NCBI RefSeq assembly: GCF_009914755.1
Contig: NC_060929.1
DNA from: the human T2T-CHM13v2.0 reference genome, Homo sapiens
DNA length: 64,000 bases
Strand: one strand, 5' to 3'
Position 1 is the stretch's first letter. Every line of letters begins with the position of its first letter. A program made the position numbers and the translations under genes. Positions 14,441 to 27,865 of the stretch are shown piece after piece. The notes beneath the pieces are model-generated. The model was not told where the DNA came from and did not search any database. It worked only from the letters and a program-made list of their open reading frames with translations.

Positions 14441-15076
14441 GAAGGCATTTCCCTTCCTTTCTTTTTCTTAGAGCATTTACTTTAGAAAACTTGTACTTGC
14501 GAGAACTTTCTCCTTTCTTTGAAATGTATATAAATTCTATTGAAAGCTGGATTGGCCTTTGTCATCTTTATGACCTGTGAATCGTTCCCAGAGACCTGGA
14601 AGCCACATCTTTGAAATGTAAACAAGGAAGAGATCATCCAAATCTCACAGTTTCCACTGGAGTGCAGGAGCCTAATTGTTGCTTTATGTTGCAAAAATGT
14701 ATCTTGTCATAAAGATATGTGAAGTTGGTTTCTTCTCTGAATGAAGCCAACTAGTTAACACAGAAGATCACCCTAATTACCAAGCAAATTTAGGGTGTAC
14801 TTTAAATTCTTACTTGAGGATGAGCTATCTTTTATCTTGAAATCATGCCCATAATAGGTTGTATCTGCTTGGCTGATAAAAGGAAAGATTTCTTTCTGTT
14901 TTCATAATCTCTTAGCAGATCCCATGTGATATGTATCACATTCCGGTTTAAAGCCTATTCAGTAATAAAGCAGTTGTCTTTCTCTGCTACCACTGGGGAG
15001 ATTATTTTGTTTTCAATTGTGTTTCTCCAACACTCACTATACAGCTGGATTTTGTGTTTTATTTCAGCTGTTACTT

Positions 15077-15437
<361 letters not shown>

Positions 15438-16001
15438 TAGTTTATTAGGATGCAAGCTAGAAACTCACTCTCTCTCTGTCTCTCTCCCTCTCACACACAC
15501 ACAAACACACACAGAAATGAACACTTATGCACACTGACAGCTTGCACAGCAAAGGCATTTACTTGTGATGTGTAAAAATAAATCGAGGAAGCCTGTAGAG
15601 CTGACTTCAGTTGTCAACAAGGTCTAGACACTAAGAAGCCTTCTTTGTGCGTCCTTTGATTGCAAAGACTACCAGTGCTGGCATCCTAAAACAAGAGCCT
15701 CTAAAACAGAAAGGCAGAAGCAGTGACACACAAAAAAGGCTCTTCTTTTGTGCAGCCCTCGATTTTTATAAGGGCAAATGTTTTGTAGCAAGTAGGTCTC
15801 AGCAGAGTTCATCTTAGCTTTAGTTGCTTACTTCCAGACAACTTCTCACAATTTTGATCAGCATGACAAATACTGGCTGATACCCAGTGAATCCAGATCG
15901 TTTCCTGGAGCCAGGAGAGGAAACTTTCAGAATTTGCTGCCATGTTGATGCCTAAACAAAATAGCAGATGTGGTTGAAAAGAAAGAAAAAGGATGTAGTA
16001 A

Positions 16002-16365
<364 letters not shown>

Positions 16366-16399
16366 ATTCATGCTATTCTTAATTCCTTTGACTCTTTGG

Positions 16400-17030
16400 T
16401 CTAAAATTTCTTAAGGGCTGACAATGTTCTCTCGGTCCTTTTCCTTGTTTTTCTACATACCATGAACTCACTTGCCATCCATATGCTGATGACTCCTGAA
16501 AATCTATCATATCCCCAGATTTCCTTCTGGCACTTCGGATCTTTATGCTTATTTGCTTACTGAAAGGGGCACTCTGTTTTAATTGTATCATATATTGCCA
16601 AGACCATCATAATAAATCCAAACTCTTTGGCATGACAATATGGATAACTGATAATTAGACTTTTCTCAAAATCTCTGACTACATTTCCTGCCGGCACCTC
16701 CCATTCATCTCCAGCCACATACTTTTCTGCAATCGCACTGAACTTGTGCAGTTCTCTAAGCAACTTCGGTGGGCTCTTTCTAATCTCTGAACTTTGAATA
16801 GACACTACTTGTGAGTAAAGTGTTCTCACCAAGCTAATCTCTGTTGACCATTCCGGATTCAGTTAAACTGTGTCTCCTCACTTGCTCTCCTCTTCCCCAA
16901 CACTTCAGGAGACACTCTATGTTTTCATCTATCCAGATAATGTCTGTCCTTTGTATTTTTGAATATTTCATGCTTTAGACTTTTGTAGTGCATATCACAG
17001 TAGGTTGCAATTTTCTATTTGTCTCCTCTA
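16400..17030 (+). mobile_element. L2 LINE fragment
   Basis: tatgctgatgac (YADD) at 16482-16493 in pyrimidine-rich L2-like sequence. Confidence 0.6.
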
Positions 17031-17718
17031 TTAGACGGTAGGATTTGACGGACTTAATCAAACCATGAATCTCTCAGAACTCCTTTTCAGCTTTAGCATT
17101 CAACAACTTATCCTTTAAATTTGAGATAATAGCACATGAATGTTTGTAATTTTTCTGGTTAAATATTAATATGAAATATAAAAGCAAATTTTTGTATAAA
17201 ATATTGGGTAATATCTATTTTGATTTACATTGAGAAACATTAAACATGAAAATTATGTGGTTGTCATTAAAGTTGAATTGAAGGTGTAGCATGATTTTTG
17301 TATTATGAGCAGTAGGGGAGTAAATAACAGAAAATTGGTATTTATTAGGGGTAAGAAGTCCTAAGATGTAGCATAGATGACTTGACAGGACCAAATGAGG
17401 CAAATTGTGAGAATGAATATGGCTCCTTTAAGATGGAGTGAAGTGATTCAGCTGTTTGTCACCGAACAATCACAAGACAAGCCAGTTGAGTGCTTTCCCC
17501 AGGCTAGTACCTAATAAAGGGTATAGAAATGAATTGATCCCATTTGTGTTTCACACACAACTGCAAAGTGTGCAGGCAGATGCTATAAAACATCAACATT
17601 AATGGGAAGCTCTAAAATCTTGATTCTCAGTAAGAAGAGGCAAAATATAAATTTTACTTTTAGCATCATGAAGTAGAAGAAAGTTTTCTATCCCATAGAA
17701 TAGGCATTGTGCAACTTT

Positions 17719-18040
<322 letters not shown>

Positions 18041-18789
18041 GTGCAACTTTAAAGAATATGTATACACACACACATACACTCACACACATATAGAGAGAGA
18101 ATATATATATTCCATATATATAATGCATATATTATATATATAAATTCTTAATTATATCAAATAACTCTCCAGTAAGTAAACATGAATACATATTCATATA
18201 CAATGATAAATTATCAACAACCCCAAATGAACTCACTAAAACACTGTCTTATTTACTCTTGCAAAAATAAATACACATACTAGATGACCCAAGGTAAGTC
18301 CCACTGAGGCAATAATAGAGGATTTTTAGGTATCACAGAGAAGCCACTGGATATATATAAAACAATATTGGGAAGATTTGTGCTCTAGGAATTAACTGAC
18401 TAAAATCTCCTGACTATGTAGTTGCAGGTATTCATATTCATGGAAAGGAAAATACATGCAAGTTAGTCAATGCAATAAGATTAGAAAAATATTCATTAAG
18501 CCCTACTATGTACTCAACACTATGTACATACTATGCCAGGATCCAGAAATGTTAGTAAGAATGTCCACATCTCAAAAAGCTTAAAGGTAAATAAGACATA
18601 TCAAATTGCCTTGCAAATATTTACTATAGTATATTGATGATATCCTGGCCAAGGAACTGTTAAAATATAATGCAGATGAAAGAAATATCTAGAATAATTG
18701 TATGTAAATTTCTTAGTTCAGCATTTGTAATTTCAATAAGCATTTCTTTTTGCAATTCAATTTATTAGAAAAGTATTATCATTGATTTC

Positions 18790-19150
18790 TTTAACAAAAA
18801 TTTATGTACTGTTTATTATGTGCCAAATGCTATTCTAAGTTTTCAGTATAAAAGTCAAACATAGAAACAAAAATGCTGACCAATATCCCTTAGCACTTTC
18901 AGTTTCATTGTAGAGACAGACAGTGAACATGTTAAATTAGGATATTATACTTATGATAGATGATAACAAACAATGGAAAAACTAAAGCAGGGTAATGAGA
19001 ATCAAGAATTTTGAAAGAGTGAGGAAGTTTCCAATTTAAAATGATGATCAGGTAGGCCTTGACTACATGGTGAATTTAGAGCACACTTTGAAGGAGCTGA
19101 AAAAAATTACCAACTTGATAACAAAAGATTTTTCCAAAGCAGAGAGTAGC
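18790..19150 (-). mobile_element. L2a 3' end
   Basis: tttaacaaaaatttat..ttattatgtgccaaatgctattctaag...tcaggtaggcctt. Confidence 0.6.
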
Positions 19151-20198
19151 CTACTAAATTCATGGATTTCAAGTCCTACCATTCTATCAGAATACTTGTA
19201 GATAACTGGTATGTGTTTTACTGAGGCTTGAAGAAACAAGTTCGGTTTTCCTGACGTGGTGGTTCTTGGATTATTGTTTGAACACCTGACCTTAACATGT
19301 CACCAATGGGAACTTTAATGGATTCATTTTTATTGCAGCAAAATTTTGTTTTGAGTAGACAAATAAAAGCCATCAGAAAGTCGATAGAATCCATGCAGCT
19401 ATCTCAGACGCGCATTATGAGAATGGTTTTCTCAGACTAGAGCTCCGCTGTCATTCAGATTCCCTTCACAAACACTCCAGGGTAATCACCCTGAGATGAA
19501 TCTCAATGGGTCTAAACTTGATGCCCTCAGATGTCTCATTTCTTCTACCAAAGGGTTGTAGGAGCCATGTGATTTAGGGGAACATCTTTGAAAATCTTTA
19601 CACTTGCTTAATTTGGGTATAATAGAGATCAATATAAGATATACCTAAAAATGATACCTGGATCTTAGGCTGTCAAACTCTGAATTGGCAAAGGAACACT
19701 AACTATGGTATATTTCTTGGTAAGCAATAAGATCCAGCTCCCTATTCCCAGGTCAGAATTGTTTCAACTCAGGCCAAAGCTCTGAAATTGTCATAAACTT
19801 CAGGTTGCCGAGTCTGCTCCGAGAGTGCAGACAATCTCCAAAAAGCTATCATTAAGTGATGCTGGCACACAGGACTCTTGTACTTTATATATTTCCTTAA
19901 AGAATACAATGGAAGCACATTCCTCAGTAGTATATAGGTTGTCACATTTGAAACTGTCCACATTATATATGAAAGCTCATATGTTTTAAAGATTTTATTT
20001 TGATGGGTTAAGCTCTATATAAAGATTTCTATCATAAGAGAGTCCAAATTTGTTATACTTGAATATATTTCTTCTGCCTACTCTTGGTAAATGCAAACTC
20101 AAAAGGAACTAAATAGTTGAGACATTTGTAGGTCAAGGACAAAGTTAAATATTATCATTTTAAATTAGCAGAGATAATAACCTGTGATTTTGATTATA

Positions 20199-20700
20199 CA
20201 GTGATGTGTTGCTTAGCCTTTGGTATATGTTCTGAGAACTCTCTCCTTAGGTGATTTTGCTGTTGTGCAAATGTCATAAAGTGTACTTACACAAACTTAG
20301 ATGGTATAGCCTACTACACACTTAGGCTATATGGTATAGCCTATAGCTCCCGAGCTACAAATCTGTACAGCATGTTACTGTACTAAATACCAAAAGCAAC
20401 TGTAACATGATGGTAAATATTTGGGTATCAAAATATATCTAAACATAGATAAGGTACATATTTAAAAGATAAAAAATGATACACCTGTATAGGGCCGTTA
20501 CCAAGAATGGAGTTTGCCAGATTGAAAATTGCTCTGGGTGAGTCAGTGAGTGAGTGATGAGCGAATGCAAAGTCCTAGAACCTAACTGTACACTACCCAT
20601 AGTTTTTATATGCACAGTACACTTAGGCTACTCTAAATTTATTTTAAATATTCTTTTTTCAATAATAAATTAACCTTAGATTAATGTACTTTTAATTTAT
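20199..20700 (+). mobile_element. Tigger3b (MER7/Golem) fragment
   Basis: TA|CAGTGATGTGTTGCTTA terminus; gtgtacttacacaaacttagatggtatagcctactacac; ctctgggtgagtcagtgagtgagtg. Confidence 0.88.
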
Positions 20701-20729
20701 GTTATTGTTAAATAATATTAATAATATTA

Positions 20730-20841
20730 ATAACTATGCATATTCATGGAGTACATAGTCATGTTTTGATCACAGTAATAGCACATTCATTATTTAAAAC
20801 ATTTATCACTTCTTTTTATTAAGAATGTTCAATGTCTTCCC
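20730..20841 (-). mobile_element. Short L1PB4/L1MA 3' fragment abutting the ERV env remnant
   Basis: catattcatggagtacatagt..aacatttatcacttcttt..gaatgttcaatgtcttcc. Confidence 0.55.
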
Positions 20842-21078
20842 TGTGGTGTTTGTTCTCAGTTCGGTGGCATTCCAATGTTCGGGAACAGGTACTGGGACGG
20901 ATGGTTTAAAGCATAAGGGGAGGCACATCAAGCAGTCAGCTGGATTTTGGCTGGAGGCCTTGCGAATTTCGGTAAGGGTGACATTAAATAAATTTAGCAA
21001 GAAGGAGTGAGTGTGAAGAGTTTTGTGTAGCTTTGAGAGGTCTAATCCTTTGTAGGGACTGGGTGTGCTAAGGGTTTG
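20842..21078 (-). pseudogene. env: env SU fragment, syncytin-1/HERV-W-like
   Basis: SPYKGLDLSKLHKTLHTH..NPADCLMCLPL..PVPEHWN resembles syncytin-1 SPYKGLDLSKLHETLRTH..NPTNCWICLPL..PVPEQWN. Confidence 0.9.
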
Positions 21079-21389
21079 AATGGCCCTTGCTTTAGCTGAT
21101 ATGTCCCTCCCTAGTAAAGGGGTAGGGCTCTCAGGCATAAGAAAGGCATGTGAGAAAAATAAGGTTCCCCAGTCACAACTTAGGGGGTAGGAGAAATGCC
21201 TAGTGACTGGCTGTCCTAGGACCCCTTTGATGGTGACAGACCAGGAAGATACTGTCCAGGACAGAAGAGTAAAACTGAGAAGGCCGCACCAGTGTCCAGG
21301 AGGAAGTTAGTTTCCTGGCCCTCAATGGTTACACTTAGCCGGGGCTCTGTGAGGGTGATGGCATGGGCTGGCACCTGTCCCGGGCACCC
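21079..21389 (-). pseudogene. pro: Retroviral aspartic protease (one frameshift near 21251)
   Basis: FLLDTGAAFSVL (DTG at 21288-21296) and PTPLLGRD; follows the gag TGA in frame, as in gammaretroviral readthrough. Confidence 0.9.
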
Positions 21390-22854
21390 TCAGTCCTGTT
21401 GTTGGACCATCTGGGTAGTGGCCTCTGGCCCAGAGGACTTTCGCCTTCGGGGGCAGTGTGCCTTCCAGTGATCCCTCTGGCACAAGGGACATAGAAGAGG
21501 GGGCAGCTTATTTTTGTTTGGGCGGTCCTTTTTGAAGTACCCCTGTAAGCTGCACTGATAACAAGCCCTGTTAGGCGGGTTGCCTGCCCAGCCCTTCTTT
21601 CTTTCAGAGCCACTGAAGTTCATCTGCCTGAGGGTCATGACTAAGGTGACGGCCTTTTTCTTGTCTCATCTGTCTCACTCAGCCTGATCCTCCTGATCCC
21701 TATTATAAAATACTGAAGTTGCCAAATTCAATCGAGTTTTCAAATTTTGCTCAGGGCCCAGGGCAGACTTTTGAAGTTCTTTTCTAATGTGTGCAGCTGA
21801 CTGAGTAATAAACTTACCCTTTAAAATTAGTTGGCCTTCAACAGAGTCAGGTGACAAGGAGGTATGCTTTCTTAATGCCTCCCTTAGCCTCTCTAAAAAT
21901 GCCGTAGGGTTTTCTTCCTTTTCCTCTGTTATGGTGGCCATCACTGAGTAATTCATTGGCTTTTTTCTGGTCTTTCTTAATCCCTCTACTATACAAGTCA
22001 GTAAATGCCTGAGACTCAAGTCTCCATGCTCCGAGTTGAGGTCCCAGTGGGGATCCACACTGGGAACTGCCTGTTGGCCTGTGGGGAGTTGTTCCCTTTC
22101 TTCTGATGTCATTTTATCATTTACCTGGCTTAGGTACCAGAGATCCCCAAACTCCTGGGCTGCAACTAAGGTGGCCTGTTTTTTGTTGGGAGTTAATGTT
22201 TGACCTAACAACAACATAATATCTCTCCATGCTAAACTAAAAGATTGTCCTAATCCTTGTAAGACATCTATGCATCCATCAGGATTATCTGAGAATTTTT
22301 CTCCGTTCAGTTTGATCTGTTTTAAGTCTGAGAGGGAAAAGGGGACATGTACTCACACCAGGCCAAAGTCTCCTCCTCCTCCCATGGCTTGGAGGGGGCA
22401 CAATCGAGGGCCATTGGCGCCTTTTGGTTACTTGACTATCTTTGGGTCTGGTTCCTTTTGGGCCGTTAGGGCCAAAGGAGAGTCCTTACTAGTCAGAGGG
22501 GGAGCCGTGGGGAGCCCTGGGTATGGGGGTAGGCTTTGAGGATCCCCGGTAGGATATATATGTTACATTTTTTACATAATTGTGGGTTTTCCGTTAGTGA
22601 GAAAAAACCTGTACATATGGCACTTCACTCCATTTGCCCTCTCTTTTACAAAAGAGATCTAGCTGTAGGATGGTATTATAGTTTATACTTCCCTTGGGTG
22701 GCCATGTCTCTCCTCCAGGAAGAGGATATTGTGGCCGGGTGGTGCTGCAGAAAAATATAAGTCGCTTCTTCTTCAGCATTTGAGGGTCTAATTGGTCCCA
22801 ATTATCCAGACTACACCTTAGGAGTGGCTTAGCTTTTGAGGGAACGTCTCCTAT
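21390..22854 (-). pseudogene. gag: gag (MA-CA-NC), start codon mutated to ATA, several frameshifts/stops
   Basis: MA ..WDQLDPQMLKKKRLIFFC..TILQLDLFC; MHR EEKEENPTAFLERLREAL; zinc knuckles CYQCSLQGYFKKDR (degenerate) and CPLCQRDHWKAHC. Confidence 0.92.
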
Positions 22855-23435
22855 CTGAAAGGAGAACATAGGAGTGCCTGCACCCCTAGTCATCACCTAG
22901 TGAGCACTCTCCCTAGGGCATCCCCTATGGTTCTAGTGTCCTCTTCTTTCCAGGGTGCCCAATCACCCATGGAACTCTGCTTATCAGATTTAATTGTGCT
23001 TACTAACATAGCAGTTTTGCTCACACTCATTTCCTGCCTCTTTTTAGCCACAGAAAAAAGGGCCCAGGGCTGCTCGATTTTAGTGGCTCCTTACCAGCAT
23101 GCCCACAGTTGTCTTTGCATCTGCGAGTGGGTCTTAGGTTAGGGGTGTATTTTGAGTTCAGAGACCAGGCACCAATTAGCATATTTCTGGGCTTGGAGTT
23201 GTCCCAGCAAGATAAATTCCTTGAAAATGGCACTGGAGCACAACAGTTTTAGAGTAGGCAGTGGCAAATTGGAGGACCAAGGTTGGAACAGTGCTTTTTG
23301 TACCCGAATTCTGACCCCATTTTCCCTCAAAAGAATATTCATTGACCTTTGGACTTGGATCAGGGGACCTATTGTCTATTACATTGTTGTCAGCCCATAC
23401 GTCTGACTGCTTCAAGTCGAGAAGTTCTACAGTCC

Positions 23436-23669
23436 TTTTTTTTTTTGAGATGGAGTTTCACTCTGTTGCCCAGGCTGGAGTGCAGTGGTGAGATCTCAGC
23501 TCACTGCAAGCTCCACCTCCTGGGTTCATGTCATTCTCTTGTCTCAGCCTCCCTAGAAGCTGGGACTATAGGCGCCTGCTACCACGCCCAGCTAATTGTT
23601 TGTATTTTTAGTAGAGACAGGTTTCACCATGCTAGCCAGGATTACAGGCATGAGCCACCATGCCCGGCC
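23436..23669 (-). mobile_element. AluY with internal ~55-nt deletion, inserted in the ERV leader
   Basis: TSD AAGTTCTACAGT (23422, 23672); junction gctagccagg|attacagg. Confidence 0.9.
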
Positions 23670-24407
23670 CAAAGTTCTACAGTTCTAATCGCTGACCCCA
23701 GGCAGGAAAGCTGGTAATTAAAGTAGCCTCTACAATCTGGAGTAAGTTTAGGGCAACAAAAGGGAAAATGTCCTAGGCCTTCTATCAGCCACTGACATGC
23801 CGTTTGATGTCCCAGATAGTGCCCAGGATACAGGTTATGAGGGACAAGTCCCGTATAAGTATATTGATACCAATTTGCATAAGAATAAGTCTGGGCACAC
23901 CATGTGCAAGGGTCTTCGGATTGCCTCCCCATTTGACTTAGGCTCCTAGCCAAAAGATTCTTAGACTCAGGGTTAGGAAAAATTCTAGAGGATAGGGACT
24001 TAAGAAAGTCATCTCTGAGGACATTAGGACCCAGGAGGCATGGTCAGAGAAGGCAGAGAATGCATGCATGGGTGTCTGCAGAGTAGAGGCTTCTCGCTGT
24101 GCCATGATCTCGACTGGGTCAGTGCCAGGAGTTCGGGACAATAGTTTTCCGCCTCTAGCCAGCCCTCAGCTTTTCCCAGGAAAGGTGGAACTGGCTCCAG
24201 GCACACCAATGCTTCCAGCCCAGAGGGCTGGGGGTTGTTAGAGAGCCCTTTCCTGGAAAGCCTCACACCCGTGTCTTAAATCTGGCAGCCATGCTTGTCG
24301 CTTTTAAGTGGCCCACAGTTGCCCAGTGTTTTCCTCCAGTTGTTAGCGAGAAGATAGAACAGAATAGCAAGTGAAAGGGGTCCAATATTACTCACTGCTG
24401 TGGAGAA

Positions 24408-24425
24408 ATCCCGGATGGGCCCCTA
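24408..24425 (-). other. Primer-binding site, tRNA-Pro type
   Basis: TAGGGGCCCATCCGGGAT vs PBS-Pro TGGGGGCTCGTCCGGGAT (15/18), 4 nt after the LTR end. Confidence 0.8.
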
Positions 24426-24429
24426 GAAA

Positions 24430-24945
24430 TGAGATAAGAAGTATCCTCCCAATTGAAGGTTTTTTCTCAATCCAAGGGTTCCTGGTCTCGTGGGCTTCAA
24501 GGAATGGAGCCATGGACCGCAGCAGCAAGTGTTACAGCTCGATTAGAGAAATGCATGGACCCAAAGCGTGTGCAGCCGCACGATCTATTAAAGTGAAAGC
24601 AAAAGTAAAGTGAAAGCGAAAGTAAAGCTTCCACGCAGTGGAAGGGGACCCAGAAGGGTTGCTGTTTCTAGCTTGAGTGTCTTATGCTTATGTTCCCTTA
24701 TGACCCCTCCCCTTTTCCTTTTTCTGCCCTGTTGAATTAGCTTATTTTCTATCCACTTGTGGGTTGGTGGGCCTAACTGGTTAAAAACATCAGACTGCAG
24801 CTAGAGCTTAAACTCCCTATATGATTGGTTGAAGTTTCAAACCCTTAGCTTGCAGCTGTGACTCATTTTGGCTTAGGGGAAAGTCCCCTTAGGGAAGTCC
24901 CTATTGACCCAGGAAGTCCAGCCAACTTAGCCACCTAGTCCCTCA
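24430..24945 (-). promoter_or_regulatory. 5' LTR (516 bp; LTR12/17/30-related, family not assigned) with kappaB x2, AP-1, ETS, CCAAT and ISRE-like motifs
   Basis: TGAGG...TCTCA termini; GGGGACTTTCCCC 24876-24888, GGGACTTCCC 24892-24901, TGAGTCA 24859-24865, CAGGAAGT 24910-24917, GAAAGCGAAAGT 24612-24623. Confidence 0.85.
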
Positions 24946-27298
24946 CTATTAGTTCTGTCTCTCTAGGGAATCCTCATACAAATTTTGGTACCAGAAATGG
25001 TTCTAGAGGAACAAAATGGTAAGAATGCAGTTATTTCATTGGTTTTGGGGTTTCTGGAGTTGGCTGCTTAATATAATTAGACCCCAAAATGCTAAGGACT
25101 CTATTTCTAATTGTATGGAGAATACTGACAATCCTTGGCATGAACTGCTTAGAGAGTTATGCAAAATAAATGCATTTGACACTCCTGATTCACCACCCAT
25201 GAGAGGCAAGGAGTTTAGTGACTCTATACATAATACCTTTCACTATATGTATATATAATTAAGGAACATAATGAAGTTGGTTGGTTGCTCCTCAGTTCAC
25301 CTGACAAAGTAATGAAAGAAAATGATGAACTCAGAAATTCTAACTCCCAGCTTCAGAAGCAGATACTGAGCCTCAAATCTGCTATGATTGCCCTGAATGA
25401 GAGTTTTATCTCCTTTAGCGAAAAAGCTGAAATTGTGGAAAAGCAGACACAAGCTTTTATCATGTGAGTGGCTGACCTGCAACAAGAGGTGCATGCACAG
25501 CCTCACCAGGTGTCTACTGTTAAAGTGAGGGCATTAATTGGAAAAGAACATGACCCTACAACTTGGAATGGGGACATGTGAGAGGACCCTGATGATGCTG
25601 GGGACACTGTGCTTGTAAACTCCATTGAAACTTTTTTGCCAGAAGAAACAGCTTCTCCATCCCCAGTAATGTCAACATTCCTTCCCAAACCCATGCTGCC
25701 ATCAGCCTTTCCAACTTTGTCTGAGGAGATAAACCCTATGCTGCCTGAGGCCACAGTGTTGGCCTCCCCTGAGGCAGTTGCCAGGCAAGATAATGTTGAT
25801 TCTCCTTAGCAGGCATCCCCACACCCCTGTTTGCTTCTAGACCTATAATTAGACTAAAGTCCTGGTGGGCCCCTGGAGGTGAGGTTGAGAGTGTGACTGA
25901 TGAGGAGGTGCACTACAGTCAAAAAGAACTGCTTGAGTTTTCTAATTTCTGTAAACAGAAATCTGGAGAACAGGCACGGGAATGAATATTAAGGGTGTGG
26001 GATAATGGTGAAAGGATCAGAGGTGGATCAGGCTGAATTTATTGATTTGGGCCTACTAAGTATGGACTCTGCATTTAATGTTGCAGCTTGGGGAGTTAAA
26101 CAAGGTTCTAATAGTTTATTTGCTTTGTTAGCTGAAATATGGATTAACAGATGGCCCACTGTGAGCGAGCTGGAAATGCCTGATCTTTCTTGGTTTAATG
26201 TAGAGGCAGGGATCTAAAGGCTTAGAGAGATTGGGATGGTGGAGTGGATTAGTCACTTTAGACCTACTCATCCAAGCTGGGAGGGTCCAGAAGATATACC
26301 CTTGACTAATGCCTTGTGAAACAGATTTGTGAGGGCATCACTTGCATCTTTGAAGAGCTCTGTAATTGCTCTTCTCTGTGTGTCACATCTAACAGTGGGA
26401 GCTGCAGTCACTCAACTACAAAACTTAAATACAATGGGAATAATTGGATCCCAGGGTGGCAGGGGCTAAGTGGCAGCACTCAACCATCAAAGGCAAGATG
26501 GGTGTAGCTATCACAGTGGACAGCAGAGGTAAAGCAGTTATCAGAATAGTCTGACTCATGTAGAACTTTGGCATTGGCTAATTAATTAAAATGCTCCTAG
26601 AATTGAAAATGATAGAAAGCCTACTGCATTCCTTCTTAATTTATATAAGCAGAAAACTTCTAGGTTGAATGGACAAAAGACTAATTTGAACTATAAAACA
26701 GAGAATCACAGCCCCTCAATCAATTTCCAGACTTGAGCCAGTTTATAAACCCAGAACCCTTTGAATGAAGGGGAAGCCAGGTCCCCTTGAGGAAGGACCC
26801 CACTACACTACTGAAAATTTATGTTTTTCATCTTTTTCCCATCCTTCCCCAAGGAGACCTCTGGCCTTTTACTAGGGTAGCTGTGCAATGGGGAAAGGGA
26901 AATTATTAGATATTTTGAGGACTACTGGATACTGGCTCTGAGCTGATGTTGATTCCAGGGTACCCAAAACATCATCGTGGTCCTCCAGTTAAAGCAGGGG
27001 TTTATGGAAGTCAGGTAATTAATGGAGTTTTAGCTCAGATCCAATTTACAGTGGGTCCAGTGGGTCTCCAGATTCATCCTGTGGTCATTTCTCCAGTGCC
27101 AGAATGCATAATTGGCATAGACACACTTAGCAACTGGCACAACACACACATTAGCTTCCTAACTGGAAGGGTGAGGGCTATTATGGTGGAAAAGGCCAAA
27201 TAGAAGCCATTAGGGCTGCCTCTATCTAGGAAAATAGTAAATCAGAAACAATATTACATCCCTGGAGGGATTGTGGAGATTAGTGCCACCACAAGAAC

Positions 27299-27865
27299 TT
27301 GAAAGATGCAGGAGTGGTAATTCCCACCACATCCCCATTCAACTCTCTCATTTGGCCTGTGCAGAAGACAGGTGGATCTTGGAAAATGACAACAGATTAT
27401 CGTAAGCTTAACCAAGTGGTGACTCCAGTTGCAGTTGCTGTAGATGTGGTTTCATTCTTTGAGCAAATAAACACATCTCCTGGTACCTGGTATGTAGCCA
27501 TTGACTTGGCAAATGCCTTATTTTCCATTCTTAACCATAAGGCCCACCAGAAGCAATTTGTCTTCAGCTGGAAAGGCCAGCAATATAGCTTTACTGTCCT
27601 ACCTCATGGGTATATCAACTCTCCGGCTTTGTGTCATAATCTTATTTGGAGACACCTTGATCACTTTTCGCTCCCACAAGATATCACACTGGTCCATTAC
27701 ATTGATGACATTTTGCTGATTGGATCCAGTGAGCAACAAGTAGCAAACACACTGGACTTAGTGGTGAGACATTTGCGTGCCAGAGGATGGGAAATAAATC
27801 TGACTAAAATTCAGGGAACTTTTACCTCGGTAAAATTTACAGGGGTCCAGTGGTGTGGGTCCTGA
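27299..27865 (+). pseudogene. pol: HERV-L reverse transcriptase core fragment
   Basis: [38 protein letters not shown]. Confidence 0.92.

Larger units (their letters stand above)
20842..24945 (-). mobile_element. Defective class I provirus of the HERV-W/ERV9/HERV30 supergroup: 5'LTR-PBS-leader-gag-pro-(pol deleted)-env SU fragment, no 3'LTR
   Basis: HERV-W-like leader (gtgagtaatattggacc), and gag, pro and env peptides closely resembling HERV-W/syncytin-1. Confidence 0.92.

Noticed and set aside
20806-21138. A new syncytin-like gene
   Set aside because: Only ~80 aa of SU remain, with no signal peptide, furin site or TM subunit.
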